Shown here: positions 8,779-19,297 of the stretch, one piece after another
Layout of the letters: each line of letters begins with the position of its first letter
Numbering within the stretch: the first letter of the stretch is position 1
Virus genome (UHGV): UHGV-0007927
DNA from: a virus
Length of the DNA stretch: 36,970 nucleotides
Strand: one strand, 5' to 3'
Made by a program: the position numbers and the translations under genes
Notes under the pieces: model-generated
What the model saw: only the letters and a program-made list of their open reading frames with translations
Told to the model about the DNA's origin: nothing
The model's database searches: none

Positions 8779-10151
8779 GACAGGATATCGAAGCGAGCGT
8801 TATCGGTGGCCTGCTGATTGGTGGATTAACACCAACCGCCAGCGACGTTCTGGCAACGCTAGAGCCGGAAGCGTTTTCAATTCCGCTCTACCGGAAAGCC
8901 TTCGAGGTTATCCGCAAGCAGGCGCGAAACAGAAACCTAATCGACGCGCTGATGGTTGCCGAGGCGTGCGGAGAGGAGCATTTCACGTCAATCCTGATGA
9001 CCAGCAAAAACTGCCCGAGTGCCGCAAACCTGAAGGGATATGCCGGAATGGTCGCGGATAACTATCACCGCCGTCTGGTGCTGGAAATCATGGATGAAAT
9101 GCGTGAACCAATCCAAAGCGGAACCATCGACGCATCGAGTCAGGCGATGGATGAACTTGTAAAGCGTCTTTCAGCCATCAGAAAGCCCCGTGACGAGGTT
9201 AAACCTGTACGGTTAGGGGAAATCATCACTGACTACACTGACACGCTTGACAGGCGTCTGAGGAACGGAGAAGAGTCAGATACCCTGAAGACCGGAATCG
9301 ACGAACTTGACGCCATCACCGGAGGGATGAACGCAGAAGACCTGGTGATAATCGCTGCTCGTCCTGGTATGGGGAAAACAGAGCTGGCGCTGAAGATTGC
9401 CGAAGGCGTTGCAAGCCGCGTTATTCCTGGTTCTGACGTCCGGCGCGGGGTATTGATTTTCTCAATGGAAATGAGCGCATTGCAGATTGCAGAGCGAAGC
9501 ATTGCCAACGCCGGGAGGATGTCGGTTAGCGTGCTGCGAAATCCTGCATCGATGGATGACGAAGGCTGGGCGCGCGTTGCTAACGGCATGAGTCAGCTTG
9601 CAGATTTGGATGTATGGGTGGTCGATGCCTCGCGGTTATCGGTCGAAGAAATACGCTCAATCGCAGAACGGCACAAACAGGAAAATCCAAACCTCTCACT
9701 CATCATGGCGGATTATCTTGGCCTGATTGAGAAGCCGAAAGCAGATCGCAACGATCTCGCAATTGCTCACATCTCCGGAAGCCTGAAGGCGATGGCGAAA
9801 GACCTGAAAACGCCTGTTATCTCCCTAAGTCAGCTTTCACGCGATGTTGAGAAGCGACCAAACAAACGCCCGACAAACGCAGATTTGCGTGATTCAGGAA
9901 GCATTGAGCAGGACGCAGACTCAATCATCATGCTCTATCGGGAAGCGGTATATGACGAGAACAGTAGCGCCGCGCCATTTGCTGAAATCATCGTGACGAA
10001 AAACCGTTTTGGCTCACTTGGTACGGTTTACCAGCGGTTCTGCAATGGACACTTTGTTGCATGTGACCAGGATGAAGCCAGACAGATTTGCACAGCATCA
10101 AATGCACCTGCTGCGCGTGGCAGACGATATGCACAAGGGGCTGACGTATGA
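8775..10151 (+). CDS. replicative DNA helicase, DnaB family
   Basis: 458 aa; Walker [16 protein letters not shown]; DnaB-like C-terminal motifs ([21 protein letters not shown]); start overlaps the O-like stop (ATGA). Confidence 0.85.
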   Translation: MRQDIEASVIGGLLIGGLTPTASDVLATLEPEAFSIPLYRKAFEVIRKQARNRNLIDALMVAEACGEEHFTSILMTSKNCPSAANLKGYAGMVADNYHRRLVLEIMDEMREPIQSGTIDASSQAMDELVKRLSAIRKPRDEVKPVRLGEIITDYTDTLDRRLRNGEESDTLKTGIDELDAITGGMNAEDLVIIAARPGMGKTELALKIAEGVASRVIPGSDVRRGVLIFSMEMSALQIAERSIANAGRMSVSVLRNPASMDDEGWARVANGMSQLADLDVWVVDASRLSVEEIRSIAERHKQENPNLSLIMADYLGLIEKPKADRNDLAIAHISGSLKAMAKDLKTPVISLSQLSRDVEKRPNKRPTNADLRDSGSIEQDADSIIMLYREAVYDENSSAAPFAEIIVTKNRFGSLGTVYQRFCNGHFVACDQDEARQICTASNAPAARGRRYAQGADV

Positions 10152-10176
10152 CCATCTACATCACTGAGCTAATAAC

Positions 10177-10208
10177 AGGCCTGCTGGTAATCGCAGGCCT
10201 TTTTATTT
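10177..10208 (+). terminator. intrinsic terminator between the helicase gene and the nin region (tR2-like position)
   Basis: Hairpin AGGCCTGC-tggtaatc-GCAGGCCT followed by TTTTATTT. Confidence 0.65.
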
Positions 10209-10224
10209 GGGGGAGAGGGAAGTC

Positions 10225-10665
10225 ATGAAAAAACTAACCTTTGAAATTCGATCTCCGGCACATCAGCAAAACGCTATTCACGCGGTACAGCAAATTCTTC
10301 CAGACCCAACCAAACCAATCGTAGTAACCATTCAGGAACGCAACCGCAGCTTAGACCAGAATCGAAAGCTTTGGGCTTGCCTTGGTGACGTCTCTCGTCA
10401 GGTTGAATGGCATGGGCGCTGGCTGGATGCAGAAAGCTGGAAGTGTGTGTTTACCGCAGCATTAAAGCAGCAGGATGTTGTTCCTAACCTTGCCGGGAAT
10501 GGCTTTGTGGTAATAGGCCAGTCAACCAGCAGGATGCGTGTAAGCGAATTTGCGGAGTTATTAGAGCTTATACAGGCATTCGGTACAGAGCGTGGCGTTA
10601 AGTGGTCAGACGAAGCGCGACTGGCTCTGGAGTGGAAAGCGCGATGGGGAGACCGGGCAGCATGA
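10225..10665 (+). CDS. ninB: NinB (Orf) recombination mediator
   Basis: ORF starts at TTG 10207; the ATG at 10225 gives 146 aa [55 protein letters not shown]..., matching lambda NinB from memory. Confidence 0.9.
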   Translation: MKKLTFEIRSPAHQQNAIHAVQQILPDPTKPIVVTIQERNRSLDQNRKLWACLGDVSRQVEWHGRWLDAESWKCVFTAALKQQDVVPNLAGNGFVVIGQSTSRMRVSEFAELLELIQAFGTERGVKWSDEARLALEWKARWGDRAA

Positions 10666-10835
10666 TGCGATGTTATCGGTGCGGTGAATGCAAAGAAGAT
10701 AACCGCTTCCGACCAAATCAACCTTACTGGAATCGATGGTGTCTCCGGTGTGAAAGAACACCAACAGGGGTGTTACCACTACCGCAGGAAAAGGAGGACG
10801 TGTGGCGAGACAGCGACGAAGTATCACCGACATAA
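10662..10835 (+). CDS. ninD: NinD-like small Cys-rich protein (57 aa)
   Basis: ATGATG start overlapping the ninB stop; [34 protein letters not shown]... with zinc-ribbon-like CxxC...CxxC; lambda nin order. Confidence 0.6.
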
Positions 10836-10978
10836 TCTGTGAAAACTGCAAATACCTTCCAACGAAACGCTCCAGAAATAAACGCAAGCCAATCCCAAAA
10901 GAATCTGACGTAAAAACCTTCAACTACACGGCTCACCTGTGGGATATCCGGTGGCTAAGACATCGTGCGAGGAAATGA
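10802..10978 (+). CDS. ninE: NinE-like small basic protein (58 aa), below the ORF-track cutoff
   Basis: GTG start 4 nt after AGGAGG; [57 protein letters not shown], as I recall lambda NinE. Confidence 0.55.
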
Positions 10979-11382
10979 CAATGCTTTTAATTCAACCTGG
11001 ATTTGGCCTTAGCATCAAAAAAGGCCACATGTTTGGCGAGAAAGAGTCTCAACGAAAAATGGTGCTTATCAAGTTGCCATTTATCAGTATTTGTTGGCTA
11101 AACAGGGAGGCCGCAAATTATTTGTCTACATGCGCCAGAGCAGCATTTAACGACCCTGAGTGGTTTGTAGAAAACCATCACGCTGTTCGTCAGGCAAAGA
11201 GAAAGGCCAAAACGACATACATGAAGGCGTATCGAAAAGCATGGAAAGAACACCGCGATCGATACCAACAAGACATGGAAAAGCTTGAATCAGAAAACAT
11301 GGAATTAAGACGAAAGCTCGGTGAAACAAAACGAGACATTGATGCTTACAAGCGACTTTTTAATGGTGAAAGCCATGCTTAG
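10975..11382 (+). CDS. hypothetical nin-region protein with basic region plus coiled coil
   Basis: ORF 10939..11382; the ATG at 10975 overlaps the ninE stop (ATGA); 135 aa; C-terminus [59 protein letters not shown]; not one of the lambda nin genes I recognise. Confidence 0.45.
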
Positions 11383-11551
11383 CCCATCCCAATCCCTTCA
11401 ATACCAGAAAGAAAGCGTCGAGCGGGCTTTAACGTGCGCTAACTGCGGTCAGAAGCTGCATGTGCTGGAAGTTCACGTGTGCTCCGATTGCTGCGCAGAA
11501 CTGATGAGCGATCCGAATAGCTCAATGTACGAGGAAGAAGACGATGGCTAA
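11375..11551 (+). CDS. ninF: NinF
   Basis: Internal ATG at 11375 gives 58 aa [55 protein letters not shown], matching lambda NinF from memory. Confidence 0.7.
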   Translation: MLSPSQSLQYQKESVERALTCANCGQKLHVLEVHVCSDCCAELMSDPNSSMYEEEDDG

Positions 11552-12155
11552 ACCAGCGCGAAGACGATGTAAAAACGAAGAATGTCGGGAATGGTTTCAC
11601 CCTGCATTCGCTAATCAGTGGTGGTGCTCTCCAGAGTGTGGAACCAAGATAGCACTCGAACGACGAAGTAAAGAACGCGAAAAAGCGGAAAAAGCAGCAG
11701 AGAAGAAACGACGACGAGAGGAGCAGAAACAGAAAGATAAACTTAAGATTCGAAAACTCGCCTTAAAACCCCGCAGTTACTGGATTAAACAAGCCCAACA
11801 AGCCGTAAACGCCTTCATCAGAGAAAGAGACCGCGACTTACCATGTATCTCGTGCGGAACGCTCACGTCTGCTCAGTGGGATGCCGGACATTACCGGACA
11901 ACTGCTGCGGCACCTCAACTCCGATTTGATGAACGCAATATTCACAAGCAATGCGTGGTGTGCAACCAGCACAAAAGCGGAAATCTCGCTCCGTATCGCG
12001 TCGAACTGATTAATCGCATCGGGCAGGAAGCAGTAGACGAAATCGAATCAAACCATAACCGCCATCGCTGGACTGTCGAAGAGTGCAGGGCCATCAAGGC
12101 GGAGTATCAGCAGAAACTCAAAGACCTGCGAAATAGCAGAAGTGAGGCCGCATGA
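11544..12155 (+). CDS. ninG: NinG (Rap) structure-specific recombination endonuclease
   Basis: 203 aa [41 protein letters not shown]...; lambda NinG/Rap family by sequence and position. Confidence 0.9.
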   Translation: MAKPARRRCKNEECREWFHPAFANQWWCSPECGTKIALERRSKEREKAEKAAEKKRRREEQKQKDKLKIRKLALKPRSYWIKQAQQAVNAFIRERDRDLPCISCGTLTSAQWDAGHYRTTAAAPQLRFDERNIHKQCVVCNQHKSGNLAPYRVELINRIGQEAVDEIESNHNRHRWTVEECRAIKAEYQQKLKDLRNSRSEAA

Positions 12156-12358
12156 CGTTCTCAGTAAAAACCATTCCAGACATGCTCGTTGAAGCATACG
12201 GAAACCAGACAGAAGTAGCACGCAGACTGAAATGTAGTCGCGGTACGGTCAGAAAATACGTTGATGATAAAGACGGGAAAATGCACGCCATCGTCAACGA
12301 CGTTCTCATGGTTCATCGCGGATGGAGTGAAAGAGATGCGCTATTACGAAAAAATTGA
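12152..12358 (+). CDS. ninH: NinH
   Basis: 68 aa [68 protein letters not shown] (HTH-like); lambda order. Confidence 0.8.
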   Translation: MTFSVKTIPDMLVEAYGNQTEVARRLKCSRGTVRKYVDDKDGKMHAIVNDVLMVHRGWSERDALLRKN

Positions 12359-13001
12359 TGGCAGCAAATACCGAAATATTTGGGTAGTTGGCGATCTGCA
12401 CGGATGCTACACGAACCTGATGAAAAAACTGGAGACGATAGGATTCGACACCAAAAAAGACCTGCTTATCTCGGTTGGCGATTTGGTCGATCGCGGTACA
12501 GAGAACGTCGAATGCCTGGAATTAATCACACTCCCCTGGTTCAGAGCTGTACGTGGAAACCATGAGCAAATGATGATTGATGGCTTATCAGAGCGCGGAA
12601 ACGTCAATCACTGGATGCTTAATGGCGGTGGCTGGTTCTTTAATCTCGATTACGACAAAGAAATTCTGGCTAAAGCTCTTGCCCATAAAGCAGATGAACT
12701 TCCGTTAATCATCGAACTGGTGAGCAAAGATAAAAAATATGTCATCTGCCACGCCGATTATCCTTGTGACGAATACGAGTTTGGAAAGCCAGTTGATCAT
12801 CAGCAGGTAATCTGGAACCGCGAACGAATCAGCAACTCACAAGACGGGATCGTGAAAGAAATCAAAGGCGCGGACACGTTCATCTTTGGTCATACGCCAG
12901 CAGTGAAACCACTCAAATTTGCCAACCAGATGTATATCGATACTGGCGCAGTGTTCTGCGGAAACCTCACATTGATTCAGGTACAGGGAGAAGGCGCATG
13001 A
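12336..13001 (+). CDS. ninI: NinI serine/threonine protein phosphatase (calcineurin-like metallophosphatase)
   Basis: The ATG at 12336 gives [29 protein letters not shown]...GDLVDRG...RGNHE...; classic GDxHG/GDxxDRG/GNHE motifs; matches lambda phosphatase. Confidence 0.9.
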   Translation: MRYYEKIDGSKYRNIWVVGDLHGCYTNLMKKLETIGFDTKKDLLISVGDLVDRGTENVECLELITLPWFRAVRGNHEQMMIDGLSERGNVNHWMLNGGGWFFNLDYDKEILAKALAHKADELPLIIELVSKDKKYVICHADYPCDEYEFGKPVDHQQVIWNRERISNSQDGIVKEIKGADTFIFGHTPAVKPLKFANQMYIDTGAVFCGNLTLIQVQGEGA

Positions 13002-13621
13002 GACTCGAAAGCGTAGCTAAATTTCATTCGCCAAAAAGCCCGATGATGAGCGACTCACCACGGGCTACGGCTTCTGACTCTCTTTCTGGTACTGATGTGA
13101 TGGCTGCTATGGGGATGGCGCAATCACAAGCCGGATTCGGAATGGCTGCATTCTGCGGTAAGCATGAACTCAGCCAGAACGACAAACAAAAGGCTATCAA
13201 CTATCTGATGCAATTTGCACACAAGGTATCGGGGAAATACCGTGGTGTGGCAAAGCTTGAAGGAAATACTAAGGCAAAGGTACTGCAAGTGCTCGCAACA
13301 TTCGCTTATGCGGATTATTGCCGTAGTGCTGCGACGCCGGGAGCAAGATGCAGAGATTGTCACGGTACAGGCCGTGCGGTTGATATAGCCAAAACGGAGC
13401 AGCGGGGGAGAGTTGTTGAGAAAGAGTGCGGAAGATGCAAAGGTGTCGGCTATTCAAGAATGCCAGCAAGCGCCGCATATCGCGCTGTAACGATGCTAAT
13501 CCCAAACCTTACTCAACCCACCTGGTCACGCACTGTTAAGCCGCTGTATGACGCTCTGGTGGTGCAATGCCACAAAGAAGAGTCAATCGCAGACAACATT
13601 TTGAATGCGGTCACACGTTAG
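12998..13621 (+). CDS. Q: Q late-gene antiterminator, lambda type
   Basis: 207 aa [76 protein letters not shown]..., matching lambda Q from memory; zinc-binding Cys cluster present. Confidence 0.9.
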   Translation: MRLESVAKFHSPKSPMMSDSPRATASDSLSGTDVMAAMGMAQSQAGFGMAAFCGKHELSQNDKQKAINYLMQFAHKVSGKYRGVAKLEGNTKAKVLQVLATFAYADYCRSAATPGARCRDCHGTGRAVDIAKTEQRGRVVEKECGRCKGVGYSRMPASAAYRAVTMLIPNLTQPTWSRTVKPLYDALVVQCHKEESIADNILNAVTR

Positions 13622-13663
13622 CAGCATGATTGCCACGGATGGCAACATATTAACGGCATGATA

Positions 13664-13692
13664 TTGACTTTTTGAATAAAGTTGGGTAAATT
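13664..13692 (+). promoter_or_regulatory. late promoter PR' (-35 TTGACT, 17-bp spacer, -10 TAAATT), presumed qut region
   Basis: TTGACT 13664..13669 and TAAATT 13687..13692, immediately downstream of Q. Confidence 0.6.
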
Positions 13693-13728
13693 TGACTCAA
13701 CGATGGATAAATGCACTCGTTAAATAAA

Positions 13729-13756
13729 GCCCTGAGTTAATAGCTCGGGGCTTTTT
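13729..13756 (+). terminator. intrinsic terminator about 30 nt downstream of the PR' start (tR'-like, Q-antiterminated)
   Basis: Hairpin GCCCTGAG-ttaatag-CTCGGGGC (one G.U pair) followed by TTTTT. Confidence 0.5.
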
Positions 13757-14054
13757 GCGTTTTAAGCACGGCCTTTCTGAAAGCACATCAAACCAAATAC
13801 CAGACAGACCAAAATAATCACCTTATCCGCTGTGGCTACGGTGCGGTGTGCTTTGCATAAAAGAAAACCAGCTCAATGGCTGGCTTCGTGAAATCGGGTG
13901 GCATGAGGTTGCGCTAACAACCTCCTGCCGTTTTGCCCGTGCATATCGGTCACGAACAAATCTGATTACTAAACACAGTAGCCTGGATTTGTTCTATCAG
14001 TAATCGACCTTATTCCTAATTAAATAGAGCAAATCCCCTTATTGGGGGTAAGAC

Positions 14055-14378
14055 ATGAAGATGCCAGAAAAACATGACCTGTTAGCCGCCATTCTCGCGG
14101 CAAAGGAACAAGGCATCGGGGCAATCCTTGCGTTTGCAATGGCGTACCTTCGCGGCAGATATAATGGCGGTGCGTTTACAAAAACAGTAATCGACGCAAC
14201 GATGTGCGCCATTATCGCCTGGTTCATTCGTGACCTTCTCGACTTCGCCGGACTAAGTAGCAATCTCGCTTATATAACGAGCGTGTTCATCGGCTACATC
14301 GGTACTGACTCGATTGGTTCGCTTATCAAACGCTTCGCTGCTAAAAAAGCCGGAGTAGAAGATGGTGGAAATCAATAA
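14055..14378 (+). CDS. S: class I holin S (dual-start S107/S105)
   Basis: [62 protein letters not shown]...; lambda S from memory; MKM dual-start motif. Confidence 0.95.
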   Translation: MKMPEKHDLLAAILAAKEQGIGAILAFAMAYLRGRYNGGAFTKTVIDATMCAIIAWFIRDLLDFAGLSSNLAYITSVFIGYIGTDSIGSLIKRFAAKKAGVEDGGNQ

Positions 14379-14838
14379 TCAACGTAAGGCGTTCCTCGAT
14401 ATGCTGGCGTGGTCAGAGGGAACAGATAACGGACGACAGAAAACCAGAAATCATGGTTATGACGTCATTGTTGGCGGAGAGCTATTCACTGATTACTCCG
14501 ATCACCCTCGCAAACTTGTCACGCTAAACCCAAAACTCAAATCAACAGCAGCCGGTCGCTATCAGCTTCTTTCCCGTTGGTGGGATGCCTATCGTAAGCA
14601 GCTTGGCCTGAAAGACTTCTCTCCCAAAAGCCAGGACGCTGTGGCATTGCAGCAGATTAAAGAGCGTGGCGCTTTACCGATGATTGATCGCGGTGATATC
14701 CGTCAGGCAATCGACCGTTGCAGCAATATCTGGGCTTCGCTGCCGGGTGCTGGTTATGGCCAGTTCGAGCATAAGGCTGATAGCCTGATTGCAAAATTCA
14801 AAGAAGCGGGCGGGACGGTCAGAGAGATTGAGGTATGA
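14362..14838 (+). CDS. R: endolysin R (lytic transglycosylase)
   Basis: 158 aa [51 protein letters not shown]...; lambda R from memory. Confidence 0.95.
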   Translation: MVEINNQRKAFLDMLAWSEGTDNGRQKTRNHGYDVIVGGELFTDYSDHPRKLVTLNPKLKSTAAGRYQLLSRWWDAYRKQLGLKDFSPKSQDAVALQQIKERGALPMIDRGDIRQAIDRCSNIWASLPGAGYGQFEHKADSLIAKFKEAGGTVREIEV

Positions 14839-15302
14839 GCAGAGTCACCGCGATTATCTCCGCTCTGGTTATCTGCATCATCGTCTGCCTGTCATGGGCT
14901 GTTAATCATTACCGTGATAACGCCATCGCCTATAAAGAACAGCGTGATAAAAAAGTCAGTGAGCTGAAGCAGGCGACCGCCACTATTACTGACATGCAGC
15001 AACGCCAGCGTGCTGCTGATGTACTCGATGCTAAATACACGAAGGAGTTAGCTGATGCGAAAGCTGAAAATGATGCTCTTCGTCGCAAGCTTGATAATGG
15101 TGGCAGGGTGCTCGTCAAAGGAAAATGCCCTGTGCCATCCTCAGCCGAAACCTCCGGCGCCTCCGGCATGGGCAATGATGCCACCGTCGAACTCTCTCCA
15201 GTTGCTGGACGAAACGTTCTCGGTGTCCGGGACGGAATTATCCGCGACCAAACAGCACTGAGAACTCTTCAGGAATACATCAGGACGCAATGCCTTCGAT
15301 GA
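14835..15302 (+). CDS. Rz: Rz inner-membrane spanin
   Basis: 155 aa with N-terminal TM ([18 protein letters not shown]) and coiled-coil periplasmic domain; follows R. Confidence 0.9.
   Translation: MSRVTAIISALVICIIVCLSWAVNHYRDNAIAYKEQRDKKVSELKQATATITDMQQRQRAADVLDAKYTKELADAKAENDALRRKLDNGGRVLVKGKCPVPSSAETSGASGMGNDATVELSPVAGRNVLGVRDGIIRDQTALRTLQEYIRTQCLR
15055..15261 (+). CDS. Rz1: Rz1 outer-membrane lipoprotein spanin, embedded in the +1 frame of Rz
   Basis: [21 protein letters not shown]... with lipobox VAGC and a proline-rich mature part; entirely inside Rz. Confidence 0.8.
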   Translation: MRKLKMMLFVASLIMVAGCSSKENALCHPQPKPPAPPAWAMMPPSNSLQLLDETFSVSGTELSATKQH

Positions 15303-15602
15303 TAGCGATAATTTTACTCATCATCCTTCACATCTGGCTCTGTAGACAGGGTGGTGATCACTTCTGGAGTGAATCCAGATTAAACATCTCATTGCTGATG
15401 CTTGAAGTTGAGCATCTGGCGCGCGGTAAGGGGCTGCGTTGAGATAAGAGCCAGTTCATTACAAAGCCTATCTACGGGTGGGCTTGATAATGAAACCGGA
15501 ATTTATTCTGGGTAACCAGTTACGGCAGTACAGCGAAACAACCCAAGCCAGAAAGTGGGGAAATAACACTGGCAGCCACTGAAAGATGAACCTCCAGCCT
15601 TA

Positions 15603-16040
<438 letters not shown>

Positions 16041-16076
16041 GACGAACCGATTGATGCATTGAAAATTTTGCGTGTG

Positions 16077-16097
16077 AATTGATGTGTCTCATCAATT
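16077..16097. promoter_or_regulatory. perfect inverted repeat AATTGATG-tgtct-CATCAATT upstream of the protease gene (candidate operator)
   Basis: 8-bp arms with a 5-bp spacer, 55 bp upstream of the protease start, flanked by promoter-like TTGATG and TATGAT hexamers. Confidence 0.3.
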
Positions 16098-16152
16098 ATT
16101 CTGGTGGATGAACTCATTATGATTTTTCACTCACCGGTATCGGAGCAAATCG

Positions 16153-16893
16153 ATGCATCAAACTTTAGCCAACGCAACGTTTCAGGTCATTGCAGGTGAT
16201 TCTCGTGGTAGTGGGTTCAGCTTTATGCGAGAAGATCTGGTCGTAACCAATTTTCATGTTGTCGCCACCTGTTGTGACTTACAGAGCATGCGTCAAATCA
16301 ATAATGTCACCCTTCAAACTGAAGCTAATGAGCATATTGGTGCTCAAATATTGCATGTTGATGGTAGTAACGACTTTGCTATCATGCAATTGCAATCCCC
16401 CCTTCCTGGCGGAAGAACAGTCCTTCAACCATCTGCTGGGTTTGCTCCATCCAGGGGCAGAAAAGTAATTTTTGCAGGATACCCGCATGGGATACCTCTG
16501 TTACTAACAAGTGAGGCAATTATTTCAGCACCGATGGAGCATGGCCGATTTACGCTTGATGGAATGGTTAATGGGGGGAACTCAGGAGGACCTATTATTG
16601 ATCGAGATTCGGGAGAGTTAGTAGGTATCGTCACCCAGCGTAGATATATAATGGGCGATCAGGCTGATGCTTTCAGCCAAGAAATAGCCCAACTGCGACA
16701 ATATCTTTCTTCAGCAAGTCTGCATGGAAGTGTTGAGATCATGGGTGTTAATTTCGGGCAAATGGCGGACATGTTTGGTAGATCGCTACAGATTGTTTCG
16801 GACATGATGTCGCTGAATGCTAACTCCGGAATTGGTATTGGATTTTCAATCCAGCCCATCGTTGATGTGATCACATCTTTCCCTACGAAATAA
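16153..16893 (+). CDS. trypsin-like (chymotrypsin-fold, S1-type) serine protease, cytoplasmic; accessory gene
   Basis: 246 aa; catalytic-triad motifs in the right order: His in VTNFHVV, Asp in SNDFAIMQL, Ser in GNSGGP; no signal peptide; about 80-aa C-terminal extension; GGAG RBS; hairpin terminator downstream. Confidence 0.75.
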   Translation: MHQTLANATFQVIAGDSRGSGFSFMREDLVVTNFHVVATCCDLQSMRQINNVTLQTEANEHIGAQILHVDGSNDFAIMQLQSPLPGGRTVLQPSAGFAPSRGRKVIFAGYPHGIPLLLTSEAIISAPMEHGRFTLDGMVNGGNSGGPIIDRDSGELVGIVTQRRYIMGDQADAFSQEIAQLRQYLSSASLHGSVEIMGVNFGQMADMFGRSLQIVSDMMSLNANSGIGIGFSIQPIVDVITSFPTK

Positions 16894-16927
16894 ACATTCG
16901 TTGTATAAGATTTTATACATGATATGG

Positions 16928-16950
16928 CCACGCATATGTGTGGCTTTTTA
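16928..16950 (+). terminator. intrinsic terminator after the protease gene
   Basis: Hairpin GCCACGCA-ta-TGTGTGGC followed by TTTTT. Confidence 0.5.
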
Positions 16951-17056
16951 TTGCCATCACAAAAGCCATTCCTTGCAGAGTGGCTTTGATAATGGCTTAT
17001 ACCCTACACGGGATAACTTAACTGATATCCCTTTTAACGGATAAACGGAGCCAACA

Positions 17057-17299
17057 ATGGCAGAGATTATTCCCATGACTGAAGAACAGAAATTCCAGTT
17101 AGAGATTTACAAGCTGGTCATGAACCAGAACGCAGCCGCAGAGGAAGCGTTTCAATTCATTGGCACTGACGAGCTGAAGCTTGAGCTATTCAAAATTCAC
17201 TTCCAGTCAGGTGGCGCTAATTCAGATATCACGATCCGCACATTCGAAGCGGTGCGTAAATCGAAGGAAGCGTTAGACCTGTTCACTACCGGAGCATGA
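17057..17299 (+). CDS. hypothetical 80-aa protein upstream of the small terminase
   Basis: ATG with ACGGAG RBS; acidic helical protein; position comparable to small conserved ORFs upstream of gene 3 in P22-like phages. Confidence 0.5.
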   Translation: MAEIIPMTEEQKFQLEIYKLVMNQNAAAEEAFQFIGTDELKLELFKIHFQSGGANSDITIRTFEAVRKSKEALDLFTTGA

Positions 17300-17334
17300 T
17301 GCTCAACCTGAAATAACAACTAAGTGAGATGAAT

Positions 17335-17823
17335 ATGGCAGCACCAAAGGGCAACCGATTTTGGGAGGCCCGCAGTAGTCATGGGCGAAATCCTAAATTC
17401 GAATCGCCTGAGGAGCTGTGGGCTGCTTGTTGTGAATACTTCGAGTGGGTTGAAGCTAACCCGCTATGGGAGATGAAGGCGTTCTCGTATCAGGGTGAAG
17501 TGATACAAGAGCCTATCGCCAAGATGCGAGCGATGACCATTACCGGCCTCACTCTGTTCATTGATGTGACGCTTGAAACATGGCGCACATATCGCCTGCG
17601 AGAAGATTTATCTGAAGTCGTTACGCGAGCAGAGCAGGTCATCTACGACCAGAAATTCTCTGGCGCAGCCGCTGACCTTCTCAACGCTAACATCATCGCC
17701 CGTGATTTGGGCCTCAAAGAGCAGTCGCAAGTTGAAGACGTGACACCTGATAAGGGAGATCGCGATAAGCGGCGCTCTCGTATCAAGGAGCTATTCAACC
17801 GTGGAACTGGACGCGATTCTTGA
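17335..17823 (+). CDS. 3: terminase small subunit (P22 gp3-like)
   Basis: [55 protein letters not shown]..., matching P22 gp3 as I remember it (ORF-track start 17329 MNM...). A pac site is expected inside this gene but was not located. Confidence 0.9.
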   Translation: MAAPKGNRFWEARSSHGRNPKFESPEELWAACCEYFEWVEANPLWEMKAFSYQGEVIQEPIAKMRAMTITGLTLFIDVTLETWRTYRLREDLSEVVTRAEQVIYDQKFSGAAADLLNANIIARDLGLKEQSQVEDVTPDKGDRDKRRSRIKELFNRGTGRDS

Positions 17824-19297
17824 TAACCTGAGCGACGAAGAGCAAATCGAATTGCTCGAGCTACTCGAAGAAGAAGAGAACTATCGGAACACACACCTGC
17901 TATATGAATTTACGCCATACAGCAAACAGCGTGAGTTCATCGACGCCGGGCATGACTATCCAGAGCGCTGTTTTATGGCTGGTAACCAGCTTGGTAAGTC
18001 ATTTACTGGTGCTGCCGAAGTCGCGTTTCACCTTACCGGGCGTTATCCGGGAACAAAAGGCTATCCGGCTGATGGTAAATATGGCGGTGAGTGGAAAGGT
18101 AAGCGTTTCTGTGAGCCTGTTGTCTTCTGGATTGGCGGCGAGACAAACGAGACGGTAACCAAAACGACTCAACGCATCCTGTGTGGTCGTATCGAAGAGA
18201 ATGATGAGCCTGGCTACGGTTCCATACCGAAAGAGGACATCATTAGCTGGAAGAAGTCTCCTTTCTTTCCGAACCTTGTTGATCACCTTCTGGTTAAGCA
18301 TCACACGGCTGATGGCGTTGAAGATGGCATTTCAATCTGCTACTTCAAGCCATACTCGCAAGGCCGCGCTCGCTGGCAGGGTGACACAATCCACGGTGTG
18401 TGGTTTGACGAAGAGCCACCATACAGCATTTATGGCGAAGGGCTTACCCGTACCAACAAATACGGTCAATTCTCAATTCTGACGTTTACCCCGCTGATGG
18501 GGATGTCTGACGTTGTTACCAAGTTCCTGAAGAATCCCAGCAAGTCGCAGAAAGTGGTCAACATGACCATCTATGACGCTGAGCACTATACCGACGAGCA
18601 GAAAGAGCAAATCATCGCATCCTATCCTGAGCATGAGAGAGAGGCGCGTGCTCGCGGTATTCCTACGATGGGTAGCGGTCGAATCTTCCAGATACCGGAA
18701 GAGACGATTAAGTGTCAGCCGTTCGAGTGTCCTGATCACTTCTACGTCATCAATGCAATGGACTTCGGATGGGATCACCCACAGGCACACATCCAGCTTT
18801 GGTGGGATAAAGACGAGGACGTGATTTATCTTTCTCGCGTCTGGAAGGCCAAACAGAAGAAGGCGACAGAGGCATGGAGTGCTGTTAAAGCATGGAGCAA
18901 AAACACCCCTACGGCTTGGCCTCATGACGGGCATCAGCACGAAAAGGGAGGCGGCGCTCAGCTCAAGGAACAATACGCCGACGCTGGGTTCGACATGTTG
19001 CCAGATCATGCAACATGGCCTGATGGAGGTAATGCGGTCGAACCCGGGATAGCAGAGATACGCGACATGATGCTCGACGGTCGTTTCAAGGTATTTAACA
19101 CCTGCGAGCCATTCTTTGAAGAGTTTCGCCTGTATCACCGCGATGAGAACGGGAAGATCGTCAAGCTAAATGACGACATCCTTTCTGCTGTTCGCTATGG
19201 CTACATGATGAGGCGTTTTGCAATACAGATGCGAGACATCAAAGATCCTAAAGAGATTGATTACTCAAGCTACAACATACCTTGCGGAGTTGGATGA
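17801..19297 (+). CDS. 2: terminase large subunit (P22 gp2-like)
   Basis: 498 aa [46 protein letters not shown]...; ATPase motif [11 protein letters not shown]; overlaps the gp3 end. Confidence 0.9.
   Translation: MELDAILDNLSDEEQIELLELLEEEENYRNTHLLYEFTPYSKQREFIDAGHDYPERCFMAGNQLGKSFTGAAEVAFHLTGRYPGTKGYPADGKYGGEWKGKRFCEPVVFWIGGETNETVTKTTQRILCGRIEENDEPGYGSIPKEDIISWKKSPFFPNLVDHLLVKHHTADGVEDGISICYFKPYSQGRARWQGDTIHGVWFDEEPPYSIYGEGLTRTNKYGQFSILTFTPLMGMSDVVTKFLKNPSKSQKVVNMTIYDAEHYTDEQKEQIIASYPEHEREARARGIPTMGSGRIFQIPEETIKCQPFECPDHFYVINAMDFGWDHPQAHIQLWWDKDEDVIYLSRVWKAKQKKATEAWSAVKAWSKNTPTAWPHDGHQHEKGGGAQLKEQYADAGFDMLPDHATWPDGGNAVEPGIAEIRDMMLDGRFKVFNTCEPFFEEFRLYHRDENGKIVKLNDDILSAVRYGYMMRRFAIQMRDIKDPKEIDYSSYNIPCGVG

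Noticed and set aside
18473-19138. 221-aa minus-strand ORF inside the large terminase gene
   Set aside because: Antisense to a gene with clear terminase identity; no RBS; composition typical of a reverse-frame artefact.
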